Shown: piece by piece, positions 22,741 through 34,709 of the stretch
Layout: each line of letters starts with the position of its first letter
Numbering within the stretch: the stretch's first letter is position 1
From: Azolla caroliniana
Taxonomy: Eukaryota > Plantae > Polypodiophyta
DNA length: 64,000 nt
Assembly: GCA_043228905.1 (NCBI GenBank)
Contig: JBHGNT010000021.1
Coordinates: 5,642,001 to 5,706,000, forward strand
Direction: 5' to 3'
Notes under the pieces: generated by a model
Databases searched by the model: none
Seen by the model: only the letters and a program-made list of their open reading frames with translations
What the model was told of the DNA's origin: nothing
Program-made: the position numbers and the translations under genes

Positions 22741-24619
22741 ACATATCATTTATACATGCATGTTCTTCCTTTCCTATCCATTTGAGCATTTCACACATGA
22801 TCCATTCAAGATCTCTTGGCTTTTGAGAGGTTGATCTTTAATCGTAAAGAAGGGAGGTATTTGTGAAAGAGAACCATACCACATTATCTTTTTGGCAATT
22901 GATAGCTCATTTTAGTTTTTATAATGCATAGGCAAGTCCATAAGAGTTAAGTGACCATAACTCTCAACATATTTCAACTTTAGATTTCCCCAAAATCTTG
23001 CAACTTCCCATATTCTTCTCTTTATTTCAATAAGCCTTTTGTAGTCCTACAAATGTTTTTGATAATTTTCCATATCCTAAACTACATCGAACTCATAAGG
23101 TACTTCAAAGCTTCATGATATTCCTTATCAACCCATTTTTTTTCTTTGAACTATATTCCTTGATGCATTTCCAACATGTGTGCTTGGTTGAAAAGCACTC
23201 ATCGTGTATGAGAAAATGACTTTTTCAAAAGTTTCCCATTTTCATTCTAGTTCAGCACCATGTTATAACTTTGTCAGTTGCAAGATATCTTGGAATACAT
23301 AGGCACTCTTTGAGGATTACACTCAAGTACAATTGTTTATTATTTTCAATGGTCTTCTCACACTCAAACCTTTTCGTACATTTCAGGTCAATACATAATG
23401 TCCTATGATTGGATTCTATTGTCCATTTGCCAAGTATACATGCCAAAATACCTTAAGAAAGTAGCACATAGTCAATCAAACTATTTCCATAGTGTTTTCT
23501 ACAAGTAAAACCATTAGTGTCGGGCTATGAGGATAGGGGTATAGTAGACACTCATGATATTATGAAAACATACGCCATTTGTAATTCAAATAGTATTGCA
23601 CATTTATATGAGTAGCTCCTCAAATTGATCCAAAATCTTTTTCATCAGTAGAAGAGCAACTATACACCTATCCTCTTGCATCCTTGAGAGAGAGACAAAG
23701 ATATAGATTCTATTATCGTCTTCCGAGGTCAAATATGACCAATGAGACCAAAAATATTACATTTCACCTAATACATGTGAAAGTGAATAGCGAATGTTGA
23801 TGTTCAAGAACTATCGAGAGTGCACATTGTAGTTGTGAGAGAAATTCATGCAAGGATTGGGTTTGGTTGAAGATGTGTGGAAAGCATGGTCAAATATGAT
23901 TAAAGGTGGAGCATTGTATCAAAGTGTGATACTCAAACTCTCGAACTTGTTTAGGGCAAAGTGTGCATAGTCGACCACTCTCGAACTTGTGCCCCAATGC
24001 CCCATCTCACATCGCAATGCATGTGAGCTAAGTCGCATGGAAGTAATTGTTAGAATGGTAGACAACAGGATGGGTTCTAACATGTATCAATGTGTATGGT
24101 TTCCCTGTCTTGCAAAGAATATGGTTCTGTAGCTAGGTGCAACATGTGTAGTATACTATGTGAAGTGTGACCCTCCACAATTGTTCCATGTCATGAAACA
24201 TAAGCGTTGCAAAAAGGACTCATTTCCAAAGGAATCTAGTGATGCATCATGAAGCAGGCGTGTTGCATCCCTTCTACCAAACCATTTTTCTATATCTTGC
24301 GTCCTACCGGAACACAAATTTTGTTTTTATGCATCTTTTGGATCTTTTTGCTTGTTTCCCATGTGATTCTAGAAAGTTTATGTGAGGGATTTTTTAGAAC
24401 CTTAAGCATGTATTCACCAATCCTTTCCATGGCCATGATCTCAATGGGAAGTCATCCCCTCTCAAGGAGGAGGGTGTATGGCGTTTGTTTCTTAACTTGT
24501 AGAAACTTTGTAAGAAAATGGTTTTGGACATTTTCAAACTCTTTCCAAGTAGATTTTATATCTTCAGGTAGTGCATCATGGGATGATTTGTCTACATTAA
24601 GGTTATCCAATTAGGGAAG

Positions 24620-25120
24620 TCTCTCATGTTAAACTTATTAATTGGGTGTCTAACATGTTAGAAGAGAAGTTTATATATTTGATGTCCCAATCTTGGGGTT
24701 TTCATGCACTATTTAAGGTAATACAATCAATTATGATACACATGGTTTCTTACTTCTCCAATTATTATCGTGGTCAAAGAAGGCTATTGAGATCTTAAAG
24801 AATTTAATGCAATCATTGTTATGGAAGAGGAAAGGGAAATCTATGACTTCCTAATTGGCATGAAATCATATTTATTCTCCTAAACAACTTGGTGGAGTAA
24901 CAATGTTGAAATTGTATAATCATATTGTGGCTCAAAGGGTTTCTTTTCTTAGATATAAGTTTTAAGGTGTACACCCTTGAACAAAAATGGTGGCTTTCTT
25001 TATTGGAAAGACATGCATCAAGCTAGGAAAAATGAAAGTTGAGACAAGTTGGTGGAATGTGGTGAATTCTAAAATATCTATGAAGTGTCAACGCTCTTTG
25101 ATAGTTTATCATTTGTTAGC
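24620..25120 (+). pseudogene. Degraded L1 LINE ORF2 fragment (post-RT region)
   Basis: LLWKRKGK...HIYSPKQLGGV resembles the L1 W..ICxPKxxGGL motif. Confidence 0.55.
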
Positions 25121-25159
25121 AACATAGCAGTGTCTTGGTTTTATATAACGACATCTTTC

Positions 25160-27750
25160 TCAAGAGAGGGCATAGGCATGTTTGGGATAAGTTGCAAGAT
25201 TTCCAAGTTTTGGTGACGGATGACAAGAGCTCGGTTGGACATTGTTGGGAATAGAGTCTTGCTAAGATATTAGCAAAAGCGACCATCAACATCGATTGCA
25301 AGTCAAAGAAAGACGGTGGCTTCTCCCGAGTGCAAATCATTGTCCGGATAGACCCGTACCTTTGCGCTAGACCACCGAGGTAGATCTACACCATCTCGTC
25401 TTCATCCCTTGTCACGTTGACGGACCCTAGTGCGTCACATATCTCCTTGATCTTGGTGGTGTAGTCTGTAACCGACATGTCCCTTTGTCGGATGTTGTTG
25501 AGCTCTTGCCGGAGCTCTTGATCTTGGTGGCGAAAATCTTTTTAAGATTTTCCTAGGCTTCTGTCAGGGACTTCGCGTCTCTGATGTAGCCGAGCATCTG
25601 ATCGTCCACATAGGACGCAAGGCAGTACAACACCCTGCTCGCTCCTTGTTCCCATATCGGGAAGTCCTTGTGTATCGGCTCCGGCGCTACTTCGTTCGCT
25701 CCTTCGACATAACTCTAGTAACCGTGCCCCAAGAGGACTAGTGCATCTTGTATGACCAAGATGCATAGTTGTTCTTGTCGGGCTTCTCAGTCGCAAGCGA
25801 GTTTGCCATCCCTTTGTCCATATCTTCTTTCTGTTCTTACGGGATGTTAGGTTTGAGTTTGTCTTTGACGAATTGCTTGTCGGCAACAGAGGATTCTCAA
25901 CCCTCGCGCTTTGATACCTTGTGAAAGTTAGTGTGCGGAAGCTTAGACAAACCGGCTCCACCGGATAACAACAGAAAATAAAACTAAGGTTTAATGGAAA
26001 GTGTAAATTACACACAAAGAGTACACGGGAGAGACAGAGAGAGGAGAACAACATAAACTCAAATTCAAATATATCACTCTATACATACAATGTGCTCAAT
26101 GAGCACTTTTATACAAGTCCTTAAAAGGACTGACAGAAGTACTGGCAAGTACTTCAATGCTCGTACCGAGCGACTGACACTAACTCCCAAAAATATGCCT
26201 ACATACTATGCTAGGATTGTAGGCCTCTAACGGCCTACCGGTTACACTCCATTCTGGGCACTGATCCGGCTCTCCATTCCAGACATTGATCCGGCTCTAG
26301 CTTACTCAGCCGATCCGGATCAAGTTGAGCTTGCTCGCTCAACACTTGTCGATTCTCAAGGCTTTCGTGAATATGTCGGCTATCTACAGATTCATGCTAA
26401 TGTACTGTAGATCGATATCTCAAGCCAAGACACATTCTCGGATGAAATGGTAGTGCACCTCAATGTGCTTGGTCCAAGCATGGAAGACCGGGTTGCGGGC
26501 CAAGTGGATGTTGCTCATGTTATCGCAATACAAGAGAATCGGATTCTCGATGGGAACGCCCAAATCCTTCGGGATTCTCTTGAGCCAAACAACTTTGCAT
26601 GCAGTGACAGTTGCGCCCCTGTATTCGACCTCTGTGCTCGACAGTGCGACTATCGGTTGCTTCTTACTGCTTCATGAAATGACTCCGTTGCTGAGTGAGA
26701 AGATGAATCTAGATGTGGATCGTTTGTCAACTTTGTAACTGGCCCAATCGGCATTGGTATATCCTTCAAGTCGAATCGAATTCCCCGATTCGTAGAGAAT
26801 ACCAAAATCCATTGTCTCACTCACATAACGTAATACTCACTTGGTGTAGTCCAGGTGGATGTTTCATGGTGTCTGCATGAATTGGCTAAGGAGACCAACT
26901 GAATAACTTAGATCAGGCCGAGTGATGGTGAGGTAAATTAAGCTACCGACCAGTTGATGGAACTGGGTCGGCTCACATCTTGTAGTTCCAGAGTCGACAT
27001 CAATCTTCTGATTACGATCGAGGGGGATAACTACAGGCTTACTCTCTGTCATCCCAAACTTGAAGAGAAGATTGAGGATATATTATAGTGTCTTTGAGAT
27101 ATCAAGATGCCGTTAGGAGTTCGAATTACTTCTATTCCTATGAAGTAATGTAGCTCCTTCATGTTGGTCATTTCGAATAGGTCAAAGAGTTGTCGTTTGG
27201 TATGTTCGATGTCCCCGATATGCTCTCCTCCAATAACCAAGTCATCCACTTAGATTATGATGAACAACTATCCTCTAGAATCATTCCGAATGAACAAAGA
27301 ATTGTCAAACTTAGACATTCGAAAGCCGATTTGGTGAAGATGCACTTATAACCCTTTTGTTCGAGTGAGTACCCCACAAGGATACACTTCTCCACTTTTG
27401 GATTGAGCTTTTGCCGCTTTTCATCGGGAATATGTATGAATGCGATCGAAGTTTAGCTTCTTTCCATAGAACTTTTCGTGGGGGTTGATATCATGCACTC
27501 CAGATGTTGTCCACTGGTTCATTAGATAGACCGTCGTGTTTGTCGCTTAAGCCCAGTATGATTTTGGCAGGTTCTTTTCGTTCATCATTGCTCTGACCAC
27601 CTCTAATATATGCTGATTTTTACGTTCAGCAACTTCGTTTTGGTGAGGTGTGTGTCGGCAGCTAAATTCCCATCGAATTCCTTCTTGTCGAAGGTGTATG
27701 TCTCTCCGCTCCGGATATAGATACGGATCCGGTTGAGCTTGTCCGCTCAA
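25160..27750 (-). mobile_element. Ty1/copia fragments in order integrase-RT-RNase H, LTR (26344-25920), PBS, gag
   Basis: HTPHQNEVAERKN, MDDLVIGG, YLTITRPDLSY, ADIFTKAL; mutated PBS AGGTATCAAAGC next to the LTR; gag follows; second LTR start at 27750. Confidence 0.88.
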
Positions 27751-27764
27751 CAGGATTCAACGCA

Positions 27765-27995
27765 AGTCATTGACACATCAATCTAGTATTCTTGTTTAGG
27801 CCCATCTTCTCTCATTGATTTACATCTCTATCTTTATGCTCTTGTATTGTTCCTACCATCTTAAGTTCCTCATCTCGTCATTCCCAACTTCCCAAGTTTC
27901 TAGCCTCATCATGTTGAGTTCCACGTTTGTAACCTCGTCGGTCGTAGCCTCGTCATTTGTGCTTTGTCATAGTCTGCGGTTGGTGTGTCCATGAG
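27765..27995 (+). repeat. Fragment of the 1328-1753 LTR family in the opposite orientation
   Basis: Reverse complement of ACAAGAGCATAAAGATAGAGATG...GAGAGAAGATGGGC...AGAATA.TAGATTGAT. Confidence 0.8.
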
Positions 27996-28157
27996 AGAGA
28001 GAGAGAGAGAGAGAGATTCCATGACGTTTCCAACACTCGAAATCACCACAAAAGAAATTTCTTTTAATTTTGCAACATATTTCTTCACCCTAACTTGTAA
28101 TCAAAAGTAAAGGCATTTCTCATACTCCAATTGAGTAGTTGAAAGCGATATGGAAAC

Positions 28158-28454
28158 TGTTGAGAATCAAACTCAACTTCCCTAGTGTGGGAACACACCT
28201 AGTGTGTGAACACCCCATCACCTACTATAGTAACGAGTGTGTCATAGAACCTTATAGTTCTATGACACATATTCAGTGTAGTTAAGACTCCACCTCTCTT
28301 TAGTTAAGTGGTGGTTGTAGAAAGAGAATAGTGGGAAGGTGACTATATAAATGCTCTCTCACCTCCCTTGTAACTGTTGTTGTTGGTTATTCTTGTATTC
28401 TGCTCCTTGTTAATACAGTTTTCCTAGTGTTTTCTGTTTACGTCGAGCTCGACA
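28158..28454 (+). repeat. Copia LTR remnant related to 4434-5007
   Basis: Starts TGTTGAGAATCAAACTCAAC; shares GTGTCATAGAA..TTCTATGACAC hairpin and TATA; no TSD seen. Confidence 0.7.
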
Positions 28455-29027
28455 AAGAGTGCCAACCATGTATAGTGACATATCATGATGTTTGTAATCT
28501 AAACTTATTTGTAGCTTTGGAGTGCATTCTTAGCATTTGGATCCCTAACAATTATAAAGCTCTTTGTAAGTTAGTTTAGGTGGGGTGAATCCAGTTTCTA
28601 TTGTAAGTCAATGTGATGTTTTTTGTTTCCATAATGAAAGTTATGATTTAATAAACAAAGTTATTTTAATATGGTACACCACAATATCATCACGAGAGAG
28701 AAAAAAACGATAAGACAAAAGAGTATTGGATCTTTGTTCAATGATCTCCTTAGAGTATCAAAACTAATGTATAGTTTAAAGGAGCAATTAAGGTCTTTGG
28801 GCAATTTGTCCTTACTAGACTTATGATACGGTTGATAAGAACATTGATCTGACAATTCTCACAAACAAATTATAAGATCCACAACTTCTCAAAGAATTTC
28901 CATTGCCATGATAAGATCCTTGCTCTTGTAGTAGGGTTAGAAAAGGTTTTCTTGTCATGACCATGCTAATTTAGTACATACATATTCCTTTTAAGGAATA
29001 AAAGTACAAAGAGTTTATACTTACGGA

Positions 29028-29330
29028 TGCATGGAGTAAGCTTTGAGACAAGTGTATGACTATTCGTGACTCGAACACACCATGCATGGCTAGCCATTCA
29101 TGTGCACCTTCACAGCACAAGAAGAGATTATACAAAAAGGATGGAGACGGAGAGCGTGAAGGGTGAGGAGAAGAGATGAGAGAGGGCGGGGAGGGTCTAT
29201 ACTTGCACATTGCATGGAGTAAGCTTGCAGGCACGCACGCATGACTATTATTCGGGGCTAGTAACAAGCCAAGCAAATGGCTAGCCATTCGTGCACTTTC
29301 ACGAGTACAAAAAGAGTTCATGCAAGAAGA
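29028..29330. repeat. Degenerate tandem duplication of about 183 bp
   Basis: GCATGGAGTAAGCTT...TGACTATT...ATGGCTAGCCATTC.TG occurs twice. Confidence 0.7.
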
Positions 29331-29556
29331 GTGAGACCGAGACAAAACGGGAGAGAGCGGGGGGCGGGAGAGGGCAAGGAAGGGGGGCATTTCTGAGAAA
29401 TTTAACAAAATTGTGTCAGGGGTAAGTTTCAAAAATCCTAAAACGAAGGAAGAGAGGTTTTGGCGAAACCACCGGTATTGGAGAAAAACCAGCTTCCTTT
29501 AAATTTTAGCATTGTAGGAGTTAATATCTACATATATGTAGACGGAGAAGGGGAGA

Positions 29557-29637
29557 TGACGTGGCGGGTAGTTGCCCACGTCAGATCCAATCTGATTGGC
29601 CAGAGTCTCATGACATGGCAGCATGGGCAGCCACGTC
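29557..29637 (+). promoter_or_regulatory. Cluster of ACGT-core bZIP sites and a CCAAT palindrome upstream of the 656-aa gene
   Basis: TGACGTGGC 29557, CCACGTCA 29576, CCAATCTGATTGG 29587, GCCACGTC 29630, followed by a (TTC)n 5'-UTR-like tract. Confidence 0.5.
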
Positions 29638-29852
29638 GGATCGACCCCCCCCCCCCCCCTCCCACCGCTACTTTCTTCAGACTTCTAAGTTCTTCTTCTT
29701 CTTCTTCTTCTTCTTCTTCTTCGGCGCCATTTTCTTCTGAATCATTCTCGTCGTCGTCTTCCTCTTCTACTTCGCCTTCACGTGCGCCTTCTGCGTGAAG
29801 TTTCCATTACACCCTGCCGGAGTACAGAAGAAAGAACGAATCAGCGGCAGCG

Positions 29853-31823
29853 ATGGTGGATCACTGTAGTTATATCAGTCATCACACGAATACTAACAGC
29901 ACTGATAAGCAGAACGCCGTCAGCGCAGACCACAAATGTATGCAATACCATGCTTCTCATCTCGCAGGCCTCAAACGTCTCTCAGAGCGAGCAAGCAATG
30001 GAATCAACAGAGCTAGCCATAGACAATATACGCATGGAAATGGACATGGTCATCATCTTCATCAGTCTGCAAGCTACACAGGAAAACGTGGAAACTGCTT
30101 AACGAAAAACGATGGATTAAGCTCCTCGTTAACGAATAGTATTATCTCCACCACTGATTCTGCGTCAGATTTATATAGTAATCTGGCTATGGCGGTAATA
30201 GATCATCTGAGAGCCTGTACTACTATCGGGGTCTCCATAGCTCCAGGCCTCTCAGAAGAAGAGTTCTGCAGGATTGAATCGAGTGCGCCGTTTCCTTTCA
30301 CGTTTCCTCCTGATCTGAAATCCATTCTCAGAGAAGGTCTTCCTGTTGGATATGGCTTCCCAGACTGGAGGTCTTTATCAATGGAAGGTAATTTGAAACA
30401 TCTTCTTTTTCTTTTCAACCTTCCAGCCATCGGTCTCTGCTATGAAGTGGCAAGAAATAGATTCTGGCTTCCTGATCAATGGGGACCTAAACCTTCGTGC
30501 ATTCATAAAGCTCTTTGTATCGCTCGATCTTTTCTCAGTAAAGCTCCTCATCTTGTTCCTCTGTATAGAAACTTCTACATTCCTTCTGCTTCGACTCCAT
30601 TAAACCAGGAAGGAAATAATTCACATGATCCTGTGTTCTTTGTCTGTGGAAGTCATGTCTCTGTCTGTACCTTCGATCTTAAAGGTTTCTTCGAGAACAT
30701 TCACAAATTCATAAATTGCAAAGAAGTTCTCGATGATTCTTTGTTGAAGAACCATTTCGATGGATTAAGCTTTGATTTCTTCAACAATTACGATCATTTC
30801 AAAGATTGTCTCGACCTTAATGCAGATGATTTCTTTGAAAAAACTCAAGAAAATTTCAAAGGAAGCTTTGATCTGAGCACTAGAGACGTTTTCGAGAAGA
30901 TTTACGATTTCAAAGTTAGAAATGACAGTATATTTCTTGAATCTGATACGATTAGCTTGAATAATAAGGTTTTTGTCGATAAGAATGAGGATCAAGGCTT
31001 GTCTGGCCGTTCTGTGAATGAACTTTCTCGTCTTTATGGAGATGATCAAATTAAACAGGAAGAGTTCATAACTGGGAATTTGGAAGGATGGGGAAGAATC
31101 TTGGATATAATTGCGGTGGCCAAGAGGAATTCTTGTCATTCTAATGAAATGAGGAAATTACGCTTTGTTTCACACCATGACATTAATATGAGCAGCTGTA
31201 AGCGATTCAAGTCCCATTTTGCGCACCAATTGAACACTAGATCAAGCAGAAGGATAGAGTTCTGGAGCGATCTGGCAGAGAAATTAGCTGAAGAAAATGG
31301 CGATAAATCACTTATACTCTCAGGAGCGATCATTAATGGATCTTCATCTTGTCTGAATGTATCGAATGAATATTCTTCCTGTATCATGGATAATGCCTTG
31401 AATAGAATCAATGGCTTGTCTTCTGCTTCTGCTTCTTCTTCTTCTTGTCTCAACACCTTGCAGGATGGATCAATCACTGCTTATTGTTCATCAATACCTG
31501 TAAGAAAATCCTTGTATAATACCGCCACTGAAGGGAAATTAGTCAGCTCTGATGATTATCTAAACACAAAGTCAGATCAGGCTATACACCCTATGGTTAT
31601 TCCTTACTGGCTTGACAGATTCTTTGACAAAATGGCTTTCCTGCTCAGAACTGGGGGGTGGGAAGAGATGGAAATAAGTGAGATGCTCGATCCTAGTGGT
31701 TCATTAGATCCGCAGAAAAACAAAGAAAGATGTGAGTATGATGGTTATGTGCCAATTGATCATAATCTCGTAGGGAATGTATTATCCTTGGGTCATGTAG
31801 GATCTCAATCTATTGCAACCTAA
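29853..31823 (+). CDS. Plant uncharacterised protein of the At3g50340/At5g67020-like family (SMI1/KNR4-like domain), intronless, 656 aa
   Basis: MVD..HLAGLKRLSERA, PGLSEEEFCRIE..FTFPPDLKSILREGLPVGYGFPDWR, WGPKP, APHLVPLY..YIP, RRIEFWSD and LLRTGGWEE match family motifs. Confidence 0.88.
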   Translation: MVDHCSYISHHTNTNSTDKQNAVSADHKCMQYHASHLAGLKRLSERASNGINRASHRQYTHGNGHGHHLHQSASYTGKRGNCLTKNDGLSSSLTNSIISTTDSASDLYSNLAMAVIDHLRACTTIGVSIAPGLSEEEFCRIESSAPFPFTFPPDLKSILREGLPVGYGFPDWRSLSMEGNLKHLLFLFNLPAIGLCYEVARNRFWLPDQWGPKPSCIHKALCIARSFLSKAPHLVPLYRNFYIPSASTPLNQEGNNSHDPVFFVCGSHVSVCTFDLKGFFENIHKFINCKEVLDDSLLKNHFDGLSFDFFNNYDHFKDCLDLNADDFFEKTQENFKGSFDLSTRDVFEKIYDFKVRNDSIFLESDTISLNNKVFVDKNEDQGLSGRSVNELSRLYGDDQIKQEEFITGNLEGWGRILDIIAVAKRNSCHSNEMRKLRFVSHHDINMSSCKRFKSHFAHQLNTRSSRRIEFWSDLAEKLAEENGDKSLILSGAIINGSSSCLNVSNEYSSCIMDNALNRINGLSSASASSSSCLNTLQDGSITAYCSSIPVRKSLYNTATEGKLVSSDDYLNTKSDQAIHPMVIPYWLDRFFDKMAFLLRTGGWEEMEISEMLDPSGSLDPQKNKERCEYDGYVPIDHNLVGNVLSLGHVGSQSIAT

Positions 31824-32624
31824 TTATGATAACATGTTTTTTATAAGGTGCAGAAAAACATGGTTTCCATGGCATCAGGAACATAGAAACGTTTGAATGG
31901 ATCAGAATTCAATCACAACAATCATTTCATGGTATTTGTATTGGCGCTAATTACATTCATCCCTTTAAGGTCCATGGACCATCATATCCTATGGTATCTA
32001 CATAATGGTAACTATACCATCTTTTTGACGACCATTAATGCTTTGCAATCCCTTCCAAAAAACTCAAACTGTTTTTCATTGTTTACTGAACAAAGTCGCT
32101 AAAAGGCTTGTCTTGTCTTTGTGAACAAGTTATTGTGGATGTCAGGCCAGACAATAAGTGAAAATACTTACAAATCACATATTCAAATATTTTTCGTATT
32201 GAATGGTTGTGAATGATCACTTAATGTGGGGACAAATTACAATACTTCTCTGTCTCTGACTTCGGTGTCCACCGGGCAGCTGGTTTGTACATATATTACT
32301 GATGCAAACTTAATACATTTATTTTTTATGCAATCTCTTTAATTACATACTACATATATGCGGTGCGTCATTTCAATGAGAGGTAAAGGTAAAAAAACAT
32401 ATGGAGCGTTGGGAAAGAGGGGTATCCTTTTCCGCTTCTAGACTAATTAATGTTTTCACGTTGTGCACAACATATCATGCTCTGATGGGGTGCACATTGA
32501 CTCCATTAAACACACAAACACACTGGATTAGTTGTAAACACTTGTTGTGTGCCTTACTAGTATTAATCCAGTGTGTTGTGAGCTTTTTGGAGTGTCTCAA
32601 GAGTCAATAATATTTAAGGTGCAG

Positions 32625-32625
<1 letters not shown>

Positions 32626-32720
<95 letters not shown>
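32626..32720. repeat. Compound microsatellite (TG)n(AG)n
   Basis: Directly visible. Confidence 0.95.
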
Positions 32721-32721
<1 letters not shown>

Positions 32722-34417
32722 CATTTTTGAAGTATGCACGTCTCAATTATTCTAAGGGTGTTGTGCATTTGTCTCGTCTCTCCCTTATCATCCCCACTAT
32801 AACCATCATCATTCTTAGAGATGTTTTGTGGGGGTGTATGGAAAGAGACTTTTGGTAGAGCCACTTCCTTTATAGAGAAATGTGTTTCCTTTGTTGCTCG
32901 CTAGCACTTCCGTTTAGAACGGATCCCCCCGAGAGTGTCGGTATCCTTTTCAACCCTCTCTTGAAAGTGCATTTTGTAAAGCCCAAAGTTAACAAAATGT
33001 GAAAGGTGCAGTTATGTCTTGACTTTAGACATCCGTGTATACTCCTCTTTCGTGAGCAATTTCCTTTGAAAGGCATTAAATTTGTTCACGATTTTCAGCC
33101 CTTGGGTTGTGGATAGTGAACGTGTAAAGTCGTTTTTTCAAGGAGAAAAGAACTTACACCTTCATGGTTGAGACAACAAACGGTACATGTGCACATGATT
33201 ACTTTTATATATTGAATTTTTTAAAGAACTTTTATGGGGTACACCATAAGAAATTATTTGTTAGATTGAATCCTTGGGGATGTCTAAATTCAAGGACATA
33301 TTGCATGAAAGCAGTGCTTTCAAATTGTTCTTTGGCCTGTAATGTCTTATTTATATTAGTGATGGTAAAAGAAGCTAAGGAGGGCCGATGGATTTCTCCT
33401 AGATCAAAATTGAGTACTATTATCAGATCCGCATTCAAACAAATATATTATTATCTTTTATGTTTCCTCCCCTTAATATAAAATAGGATAATGTGTTAAG
33501 GATTCTCTTCACATTACGAGCACTCTAATAAGGGCCGCAACCACAAATATCGCAGACATTGGATTCTCAACGCTTTTAATGATGCTCGAACTTAATAGGG
33601 CCATAACATGGTAAAGTTCATAAACTTGCCATCATTAAATGTTCACTAGGTTTGCCAATAGATTTTGTCATGCTATTGGCCCACTTCTATTAATTATAAA
33701 GAAAGAATTTTGATATTTTGACGGTTGGCCTAAATCTTGGTCAAGAAGCAACATAAAGCTTGATTTTAGGATCTAGACACTATGAAGATTCTCATTTTGG
33801 AGGCACCTATAGGGTCTTTATTGGAACCTTTACACTAAGCCTTTTTTCCCACCTTATTTCAAACTCCTAAGCCCCAATTTGTAGAGGCCTACACAGGCAA
33901 TGTTTAAAGTTCTTGTTTCTTGAGATCCGAGGCAACCTTGCTACTCAAACCATGACCATCTATTTTGACTTGATTTTAGCTTCAGCGAACTCCTTTGGGT
34001 ATTTGGGTGTGCTTATTCTAGTTCCATTACAAGGTCACATAGCTTATGTATCATTATTTATTGTGTAGTTGACTTTGGACTTTGACTAGAGGATACTTAA
34101 TCCTCATAATGAGTTGAATGGAATAATAATGTTTCCAAGTTTACAATCAATTAAACTAACAAGGAATGCATATAAATGTTGGCAATTCAAATATTGTAAT
34201 GTGACAATCTCACACTTTGTTCGTTAGTTTATTCCTTCTGTGGTGTTAAGTCGAGGCTCTCACTACTTCATTGGACAATTTATTGCAAATGAGATTTAGT
34301 GATGTATTTTTAGGTAAACCTATTACCAATGTAGAAAAAGAGATTGTACGTTATAATTATTGATATTTAAATAAGTAAAAATTGCTCATGTATATTACAT
34401 GAGTGTATCGTCATTGA

Positions 34418-34709
34418 TAGGAATTGGCAATGGTTCGCCAAATAGGTTAAACCTTAACCGGTTTGAGAGTTTTTAAACTTGAACCAAACCAGTGGGCAAA
34501 CCAGTTAATGCTAAACCGTTTTAGGAATTGGTTCGAACAAACCGTTTTAGCCTTAATTAGTTTAGGAATTGGTTTGGGTCAACTAGAGCCTTGCCAAACC
34601 GAGCTCAAACTAGTTAAGGAGGCTCAAGCCTGAACCGACCCAAACCAACCCATCTAAAAACGTTTTAACGGTTGGGTTTAGGCTTCAGGCAACCTGTTGC
34701 CAATTCCTA
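34418..34709. mobile_element. hAT-type MITE
   Basis: TIR TAGGAATTGGCAA / TTGCCAATTCCTA; AACCG/CGGTT-type subterminal motifs; related to 52489-52887; TSD not recognisable. Confidence 0.75.

Noticed and set aside
29460-30102. 112-aa and 106-aa ORFs overlapping the start of the 656-aa gene
   Set aside because: Non-ATG starts, low-complexity (TTC)n translation, alternate frames of UTR and CDS
30203-31477. Antisense ORFs inside the 656-aa gene
   Set aside because: Shadow frames of a real CDS with no recognisable motifs
32547-32864. CVCV/HTHT/ERER-rich ORFs (also at 38206, 40207-40771, 52821)
   Set aside because: Microsatellite translations
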